The notes under the pieces are model-generated. The model was not told where the DNA came from. It saw only the letters and a list, made by a program, of their open reading frames with translations, and searched no databases. 64,000 bases of DNA. Origin: an uncultured virus (IMG/VR IMGVR_UViG_3300014050_000020) (taxonomy: Duplodnaviria > Heunggongvirae > Uroviricota > Caudoviricetes). Location of the stretch: the IMG/VR virus record IMGVR_UViG_3300014050_000020; one strand, 5' to 3'. Shown in pieces: positions 57,631 to 64,000 of this stretch. Position 1 is the first letter of the stretch. The number at the start of each line of letters is the position of its first letter. Made by a program: the position numbers and the translations under genes.

Positions 57631-60600
57631 ATGTCTAAAACCTTTGTAGTCCAACTAAGGAAAAACAGTCTCAGAGGTCCGATTAAGATTACTTCTAATG
57701 TTGTTTCCATCACCGGCATTGCCAATGGTTCAATATCATCTAACGATTTCAAAGACAACATCATTGGTCAAAGAATCTACACCGATATAGATAGGACTGT
57801 TACTATTGTCAAACCTGTGGGCAGCCCGGTTGTAAAATCAATTAGTCTTGCCTATGCTCTGACCTCCAATGTCAGTATGATAAATGAAGGTCAAGCAGTG
57901 CGAATCAGTTTAGAAACACTAGGGGTTGATTCTGGAGCCAGGGTAAATTTCACTGTGACCGGCGTCAGTTCCGGTGACATATTCAGCGAATATATAACAG
58001 GAACTTCGGGCTATTTTATTCTCGATGGTGCCGGCACTGCCTATAGAGATATAATCATATTAGAGGACAATTTAACCGAGGGCACAGAAACAATGACAGT
58101 GACCGTTGACGGTGTTTTTCCAATTGTCAGTACCAGCGTTGTGATCAATAACACCAGTTCAACTGTGACAGGCAATGCAGTATTGAGTATAGGTGGCCAC
58201 GGTGCAGAACTAGTTGGTTCTTACATATTGCCCAAGGCGCCCGTCTGGCTAATGTTTAGAATAACAGGTGCAGGTGGATCCGGAGGTAGCAGTCATAAAG
58301 ATCTGGGCGGTTCCATTGGAGGCCGTGGTGGGGCAGGTATTAGTGTACGTGGCGTTGTACAATTACCTAGAACAGATAATAATAAAATACTAATGGGCGG
58401 TGTTGGCAGTGGCGGAGCCGGGACTAACGGAATCAATTCTCCAAGAATCAGCCCTGGAATAGGCTGGAGTTTCCCTATCAACAATAATCTTAAAAATCTT
58501 TGTCTAGGTGGGATCGGCGGCGAAAGAGGTACGGAAAAATCAGGTGCAGGGGGCAACGGCGGTGGTAGCAGCGCATTGGGTTTTGTTATATCTGGTCCGG
58601 GCATCAATTTTATCGTTCCTATCGCCGCTGCCGGTGGCGGTGGTGGTGGTGGCGGTGCCAGTATAAATGGGTCAGGGGGCGCTGCACAAGTTGGTAATAT
58701 AATTCCCTACCCGGCCAACACCATTGACAATCTAAACGGAGAACATGCAAAAAAATCAGATTTACCCATGGGCGGCGATGGTGGCGGTGGCGGTGGTGGC
58801 GGCGGTCTGGCCGGTTTCGCATCAAATTCAAAAGTTTTGACTTCTACCGGCGGAACTTCCGGATTGGTCATAAAAAATAACAACAATGTATTGACTCAGA
58901 TCAATTGGGCCGCATTTGAAGTAATTGCTGCTGACGGATCTCTAGATGTATCTACTGTATCAAACATCGTTGCTCGTACTTATGGCTATTTTGGTTCTGG
59001 GAGTCCGGGGGGTACATATTCTACTACCGGCTACTACGGAGCTCAAGGGGCTATAGCAGTCCATTGGACTACCGATATTACAGCACCTACTAATTGGAAT
59101 TTAGTTCCGGAATATCTGGAACCAAATATTATTTCAATTACAGATAGAACTATTACAACCAAGATCGACACTGATGCCTATTTCAAATTTAATCGTGACG
59201 GTACCATTGAAAGTAGCGAAAAAAATGGACCCGAGTACTGGACAGAATTGCCTCATGACAACATAGGAAATATCTATCAGGTAAGGGTAACTCGTTTAAC
59301 AGGTAATGCAACTCTGATAAGCCCAGTCAATGGACTGGGAAATAGTCTAGGACAATGGTTGAATCTGAGCAGTGCCAAAGAATGGTGGTTAAAAAATACC
59401 AATGGTGCCACCAATCAGGCCAATTTAAAAATTGAGATCAGAGGTATGCTCAGTCAAACAATGTTTGCTGATGTTGAATATAGATTAGTAAGTAGATCGT
59501 CAAACGACACAACAATGGTCAATCCTACAGTAGGTACTGGGGGATCGGCATATGTCAAAGGAGATTTCACTAATCCTGGAGTTTTACTGTTCAAGGTTTT
59601 CGATCAGGTAACCAACGGCGGAGGCAGAGATCTGTTTCTTAATCTAGTTGACAGCGATAATCGTAGTAATCTTATACCGCTTAAAGGCGATCCAAATGAT
59701 TGGGACACCCGGGCCATAGGACAATGGGTTAACTTAAATTGTATTTCTTACGACGACGATCAAATTGATCCCAGGGCAACTTTTGTACAGCTTTGTACGT
59801 TTATTCCCGATACTAATTTTGCAAACGATGTAGTTAGCACCTGGGCAGATGTTATAAGTCAAGCTAATCAAGACCTAGGATTATGGAACTCATTAGACCC
59901 AAGTATACAAGATCAGTATGATCCTATATTAGCTTTAGTAGCACAACGAGATGCTGAACTGGGAATAAACACGAATTTATTTGGTTCAGGTGTCACAGGG
60001 TCAGTGTTACCTGAAAACATAGGCACAGGCGCAGGCGTGCTTTCGCAAAACGGTAACCCACAAAATCTTGATACCAGCAGCGTCGGGGTCAGTCTATTAG
60101 ATGAAGCAAATAGCCTGTTTACCGATGCTTCGGTGGTAGTAGGGTTTGGATTGACTTCGGGTTTCCGTAATCCCATTGAAACCTCGGATGCAGATGTATT
60201 ATTACAACAATATCGAGATCGCGGTGGTCTGGCCGAAACTCCCTGGGAACAGAATCGACGTTTGGACGAACAGGCCAAAAACCTGCCCGCGGGCGAACTA
60301 ACAGGTGCAGGTACACGTTCATTGGCTCCGCTTGCAGACGCCACTTTGGTAAGCGGCGACCTGGGGACATATGGAACAATACAATTTGAAATACATGAAG
60401 GAGCTCCCGTTGATGTCAATGCTGCCGATCCCGGAATTCAAGGGCTATTATCTAATAGGGGTGATACTGGCTATATATTAACCGGCGATCGGTCCATTGA
60501 TAAAGTCAGAACCCAATTGGAAACGAATTATGTAAAGGCTTTAGAAGATACGAATCTCAAAGTTGACGCAACCGGTTTGGTAACAGGAAGAGAGTATTCT

Positions 60601-61683
60601 GCCAGTGCCTGGCAGATCATACAGCAATTTGAAAAGGTAGATTTAATTGACCAATTTTTAATATGGTATCCTGACGGTACGCTAAATGTTGCTGCAACTG
60701 TGCAATGGTTAGCTGCCAATGATCAGTATCAGGGCATCCAAACGTGGGCTCAGAGTCAAATTGATTCTATCAGACAGGCCACTGAAGTATTCAGAGATCC
60801 AGTTCAATGGGCCGATCTAACAAATAGTGAAAGATTACTGGTACTTAATCAATTGGAAGTTGCACCCTTTTTAGATTCTACACTTTTTTATCTTCAAGAG
60901 TCCGCCGGTATTAAAATTTTTCCCGACGGTTATCAGCCCGGTCGAATATTCACACCAGACGAACTAAGACAGGCCAATGACGAATTTGCAGCCAAAAAAC
61001 TGGCCTTGGCAGACCAATTGGCTGAGAGTAACGCAAGAGAAAATAACATCCAGACTACCGAATCGAGAAATGTTTCAGTATCCGAGTCAGATCAAGTTGA
61101 CTCTTTTGATTCGATCTATTTCGAGTCTATCAACCAATCTGATTCAGATTGGACTGATTCACTCTTGTCACCGCCAGATGACAACTTTGGCCAGAGTTTG
61201 GCCGAACGACTTGGTATTGGCATGCCAGGCGGATCTGTATTTGTTAGAGCACACCTGCCCGGCACCGATAAATCAGCCGGCCATATGGGTCCAGGAGATC
61301 CACTGGTTCTATTATCTCCGGACAGAAAAACCATAGTCGACGGAATAGTCATTGGCAATCGAATATCTAGACAGAAATTAATTACATTGGTAAGCGAATC
61401 GGGAATTGAGCTTACATTGTCTGACAATACTCCTATTACACTGGAAGATGGAAGCTACATTAACAGTCGAGATGCATTTGGATACAGGTTGCCGGTATTA
61501 GATGATGCAGGTTTTAGATGGGAAATAATTATCGATGTCAGAGACTTGGGACCGGGGCTGGTTGCTACAATCTATTGTCAAAATCAATGTTATGCTGCCG
61601 GTGATTTTCCGGGCAGATACATTATTACACACAATATTAATTTTGAAAAATTTTCATCAACAAATTTTCAAAGAGAAAATTAA
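57631..61683 (+). CDS. Large virion-associated protein: Calx-beta-like, Gly-rich and C-terminal Hint domains
   Basis: EG...V.FTVTG...DN.TEGTET; GAGGSGG/GGGGGGG tracts; GG|SV...THN at the C-terminus. Confidence 0.7.
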   Translation: MSKTFVVQLRKNSLRGPIKITSNVVSITGIANGSISSNDFKDNIIGQRIYTDIDRTVTIVKPVGSPVVKSISLAYALTSNVSMINEGQAVRISLETLGVDSGARVNFTVTGVSSGDIFSEYITGTSGYFILDGAGTAYRDIIILEDNLTEGTETMTVTVDGVFPIVSTSVVINNTSSTVTGNAVLSIGGHGAELVGSYILPKAPVWLMFRITGAGGSGGSSHKDLGGSIGGRGGAGISVRGVVQLPRTDNNKILMGGVGSGGAGTNGINSPRISPGIGWSFPINNNLKNLCLGGIGGERGTEKSGAGGNGGGSSALGFVISGPGINFIVPIAAAGGGGGGGGASINGSGGAAQVGNIIPYPANTIDNLNGEHAKKSDLPMGGDGGGGGGGGGLAGFASNSKVLTSTGGTSGLVIKNNNNVLTQINWAAFEVIAADGSLDVSTVSNIVARTYGYFGSGSPGGTYSTTGYYGAQGAIAVHWTTDITAPTNWNLVPEYLEPNIISITDRTITTKIDTDAYFKFNRDGTIESSEKNGPEYWTELPHDNIGNIYQVRVTRLTGNATLISPVNGLGNSLGQWLNLSSAKEWWLKNTNGATNQANLKIEIRGMLSQTMFADVEYRLVSRSSNDTTMVNPTVGTGGSAYVKGDFTNPGVLLFKVFDQVTNGGGRDLFLNLVDSDNRSNLIPLKGDPNDWDTRAIGQWVNLNCISYDDDQIDPRATFVQLCTFIPDTNFANDVVSTWADVISQANQDLGLWNSLDPSIQDQYDPILALVAQRDAELGINTNLFGSGVTGSVLPENIGTGAGVLSQNGNPQNLDTSSVGVSLLDEANSLFTDASVVVGFGLTSGFRNPIETSDADVLLQQYRDRGGLAETPWEQNRRLDEQAKNLPAGELTGAGTRSLAPLADATLVSGDLGTYGTIQFEIHEGAPVDVNAADPGIQGLLSNRGDTGYILTGDRSIDKVRTQLETNYVKALEDTNLKVDATGLVTGREYSASAWQIIQQFEKVDLIDQFLIWYPDGTLNVAATVQWLAANDQYQGIQTWAQSQIDSIRQATEVFRDPVQWADLTNSERLLVLNQLEVAPFLDSTLFYLQESAGIKIFPDGYQPGRIFTPDELRQANDEFAAKKLALADQLAESNARENNIQTTESRNVSVSESDQVDSFDSIYFESINQSDSDWTDSLLSPPDDNFGQSLAERLGIGMPGGSVFVRAHLPGTDKSAGHMGPGDPLVLLSPDRKTIVDGIVIGNRISRQKLITLVSESGIELTLSDNTPITLEDGSYINSRDAFGYRLPVLDDAGFRWEIIIDVRDLGPGLVATIYCQNQCYAAGDFPGRYIITHNINFEKFSSTNFQREN

Positions 61684-61706
61684 TTTTAAAAAACTTCTTT
61701 AAATTC

Positions 61707-62024
61707 TTAATTCCATTTAAGCAAGAAGTAAGTAAGATCGCTTTCATATAATTGTGCAGCGATCTTAACTTGATAACCATAGTGAAACGGGTCTACAGCC
61801 AAGTTCCAAACTGGTGTTTCTACAGCAGTGGCCATGACCCACTGACCTTTTTCACTTTGTTGGAATTCCCATAGACCCTGCCCGGCATAGATTTCAGGAT
61901 CTTCAACATCGCCTAATCTAAACGAATGTACTACTTGATGTTTAACGGCTTCCTGACGCGAGGTCCTGGGCAAGGGGGAAGATTCCGGCGATAACTGTTG
62001 CACAGGCTCGCGCCACTTCGACAT
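61707..62024 (-). CDS. Hypothetical protein (start uncertain, overlaps the end of thyX)
   Basis: F.LGDVEDPEIYA...SEKGQWVM...YFLLKW looks like a real phage protein; 5' boundary unclear. Confidence 0.6.
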   Translation of the reverse strand: MSKWREPVQQLSPESSPLPRTSRQEAVKHQVVHSFRLGDVEDPEIYAGQGLWEFQQSEKGQWVMATAVETPVWNLAVDPFHYGYQVKIAAQLYESDLTYFLLKWN

Positions 62025-62616
62025 GCTCTTGTTGGGTGCCATTTGCTGACCTTAGTTCAATATAGTGAATCCACGAGCGTAGTGTACCATTCATATACAA
62101 CCTGCTCTCCATGAGTCCTTCGGGCAATACTGCTCGAGCTTGTTCTCGTGCAATACCATTTTCTATGGCCCAGTTATATGCTTCTTTACTAATTTTAATG
62201 ATTCTCTTTTGATAGTCTTGCCAATTTTTTTCCAAAATAGGATCATTGACCTCAATGCTGTTCTGTCGATTAGTATTATCCTGTAAACGAGCCTGCCTTG
62301 TGATAAAGTTTAAATCTTGGGTTGGATCAGCATAGCGTTGGCTGAATTCTTGAAAACTAAAACTACGATGTCTCAATATCTGTCTGGCGATATCTCTGGT
62401 GGTAGTGATTTCTATGCAGGCACTGACCATTTCCAGCGGACTCCAATGTCGATGATTAATCAAGTATTTGATCAGACGATCGCTGGTTTCGGTATTAAAT
62501 TGGTTGCTGGGATTACTTACTCTTGCACAGAACGCCACCAGGTCTTGGACATCCTGTAGTCCTTCTTGTTTAAACTCTTCGGTGGGCTGGCTATAACTAA
62601 CTAATTTAACTTTCAT
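61942..62616 (-). CDS. thyX: Flavin-dependent thymidylate synthase
   Basis: HWSPLE, RHRSFSFQEFSQRY (RHRx7S motif), REQARAVLP and TQQEH. Confidence 0.97.
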   Translation of the reverse strand: MKVKLVSYSQPTEEFKQEGLQDVQDLVAFCARVSNPSNQFNTETSDRLIKYLINHRHWSPLEMVSACIEITTTRDIARQILRHRSFSFQEFSQRYADPTQDLNFITRQARLQDNTNRQNSIEVNDPILEKNWQDYQKRIIKISKEAYNWAIENGIAREQARAVLPEGLMESRLYMNGTLRSWIHYIELRSANGTQQEHVEVARACATVIAGIFPLAQDLASGSR

Positions 62617-62951
62617 AGATTTTTTAAAATTTGATCGGTCACAGGTTGAACAGTATTGGCCACATCATCAATACTAACCATAAAATTAATGTCTTTAATA
62701 ATGTTGTCCAGTGCCTTCAACTTGAGATCAAGCATTTTTCCTAAAAGGTCCGGATCTGTACCGTCGGCCAGCAACTCCTTGACATTTATAGAGACCACTG
62801 TGCCGTCGATTAAATTAACATCTAGTCCTATTAACATATCTATAGGTATATCGGCTTTGTCTATTTCCCTAAGAATTTTTTTCCATTGGTCTTTTGAGTT
62901 AACATTAATTTTTTTGAGTTTTGGTCGAGGGTTTCTTTTTGGCGTTGTCAT
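62613..62951 (-). CDS. Hypothetical protein
   Basis: 112-aa ORF translationally coupled to thyX. Confidence 0.7.
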   Translation of the reverse strand: MTTPKRNPRPKLKKINVNSKDQWKKILREIDKADIPIDMLIGLDVNLIDGTVVSINVKELLADGTDPDLLGKMLDLKLKALDNIIKDINFMVSIDDVANTVQPVTDQILKNL

Positions 62952-63561
62952 TTTTTATACCAGGATCTAGAGTAACAGCTTCCTCCATAAGTACCTCGGC
63001 TTCTTTTAGTAGTCTCGCTGCATCGGCTCTCATGTTTTCTGCTTGTTTGACTCTCTGTAGTGCCAGATCTCGGTCGCTTAGTATGTCGGAACTTGTGTCA
63101 TTGACTTCAACAGTATTTGTGTTTGATGACAAAGTCTTTGACTTGATAGTTTTTTTTGCTTGCCTCTGCTGTTCATCGAGTTCTTTTAATCTTTGAATAG
63201 CATCGTTGCCTCTGCTCATTTCATCTAATAATCTGTTTAGCTCTGTTAACACAATAGAACTGTTACTGTTAGGAGTAATAATTATTTGATCAGTTGGTAC
63301 CTTTTTGATATGATTATCTTTATGCAAGACTTCTAGGCAATTAAGTCCGTCGGGCATGTAATTTCTAAATAGTACATCGCTTAGATTATCACTCTGCTGC
63401 CCGGACTCGCTTTCTAAGATCTTCATTACTGCGTCGTGATACAGAGTAGGTAAGTTATCACTGTAAGTTACCAGACACATATGGTCCTCGCCCGGCACTT
63501 TTCTAAATAGTAAAACTACTTTTTTGTTTTTATGTTTGCCCACATGCTTAATCATGGTCAT
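62905..63561 (-). CDS. Hypothetical protein with a coiled-coil C-terminus
   Basis: 218-aa ORF, ATGA overlap with the upstream gene. Confidence 0.75.
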   Translation of the reverse strand: MTMIKHVGKHKNKKVVLLFRKVPGEDHMCLVTYSDNLPTLYHDAVMKILESESGQQSDNLSDVLFRNYMPDGLNCLEVLHKDNHIKKVPTDQIIITPNSNSSIVLTELNRLLDEMSRGNDAIQRLKELDEQQRQAKKTIKSKTLSSNTNTVEVNDTSSDILSDRDLALQRVKQAENMRADAARLLKEAEVLMEEAVTLDPGIKNDNAKKKPSTKTQKN

Positions 63562-63806
63562 TCCTTGGAAGATTCTGCAATGTTATTTACATCAATGCCT
63601 GCTACTTTTAAAAAGGCTACCATACGATCGTATAAAATGCCAACACTGCTTAATTCGTCGGCTTTCCAAGCAATGCGTTCTGTGGCCAATTGAATAACCT
63701 GTACCATTGCAGCAATATCTTGTAAAGTTAAAGTTGTTTTTTGTTCTTCCGACTGTTCTGTTGTTTGTGCGGGATCATTTGAAATTTCTGAATTATTGAT
63801 AGTCAT
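63558..63806 (-). CDS. Hypothetical protein
   Basis: 82 aa with GGAG RBS; TAAATA at 63830-63835. Confidence 0.7.
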   Translation of the reverse strand: MTINNSEISNDPAQTTEQSEEQKTTLTLQDIAAMVQVIQLATERIAWKADELSSVGILYDRMVAFLKVAGIDVNNIAESSKE

Positions 63807-63872
63807 AGTGTCTCCAATTTGGGTAAAAATATTTACTCCAAATATCTTTCTCCTATTTTTTATTGTCCAAAA

Positions 63873-63998
63873 TCAAAAAGTAGATTGTTTTTTATTGATT
63901 TCATTTAATGAAATGGCAAAATAACTGGCTTCGCTGTGTATTTCGAATGCTGCTCGTTTAAAAAAACGGTTTTGTAAAATAATTTCGCCTAGATAAAA
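63873..63998 (-). CDS. 3' end of a hypothetical gene entering from outside the window
   Basis: Open frame FYLGEIILQNRFFKRAAFEIHSEASYFAISLNEINKKQSTF then TGA. Confidence 0.5.
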   Translation of the reverse strand, partial: FYLGEIILQNRFFKRAAFEIHSEASYFAISLNEINKKQSTF

Positions 63999-64000
63999 CC

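Noticed and set aside
61942..61949. TTAACGGC at the thyX stop matches 8 nt of the direct repeat at 26275/26621
   Set aside because: An 8-mer match in 64 kb is expected by chance and has no associated structure.
1586..63196. Many antisense or nested ORFs in the track (e.g. 1586-1918, 24089-24889, 40013-40561, 56868-57143, 59913-60419, 19857-20168)
   Set aside because: They lie within well-supported genes, lack RBS and motifs, and mirror the codon bias of the real strand (poly-Val opposite poly-Thr).
1..64000. Stop-codon reassignment, as seen in some large phages
   Set aside because: Conserved genes are full length in the standard code and end in TAA, TAG and TGA.

Overview
A 64-kb segment of a large T4-superfamily-like (myovirus-type) dsDNA phage genome in the standard genetic code. 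Minus strand 1-25.1 kb: fibre and virion accessory genes (collagen repeat, NIDO- and Calx-beta-like domains, a paralogous pair), the head module (gp23 major capsid, gp22 scaffold, gp21 protease, acidic core protein, gp20 portal) and a tape-measure-like gene. Centre: a gp26-like gene with an apparent -1 frameshift into an unannotated downstream frame, a ~400-nt highly structured non-coding element, a Holliday-junction resolvase, gp46/gp47 (Rad50/Mre11) and a gp55-like late sigma factor interrupted by a LAGLIDADG intein. Plus strand 32-61.7 kb: baseplate genes (gp48/54-, gp53-, hub-, gp5-, gp25- and gp6-like), a 4134-aa multidomain virion protein with two SGNH domains, an S74-chaperoned fibre and a Gly-rich protein ending in a Hint domain. 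The right end carries thyX and hypothetical genes. TAAATA late-promoter motifs precede most structural units. The best candidate for a new system is the pseudoknotted ncRNA-like element at 26214-26620. Product calls rest on motif recognition by eye; no database search was run.
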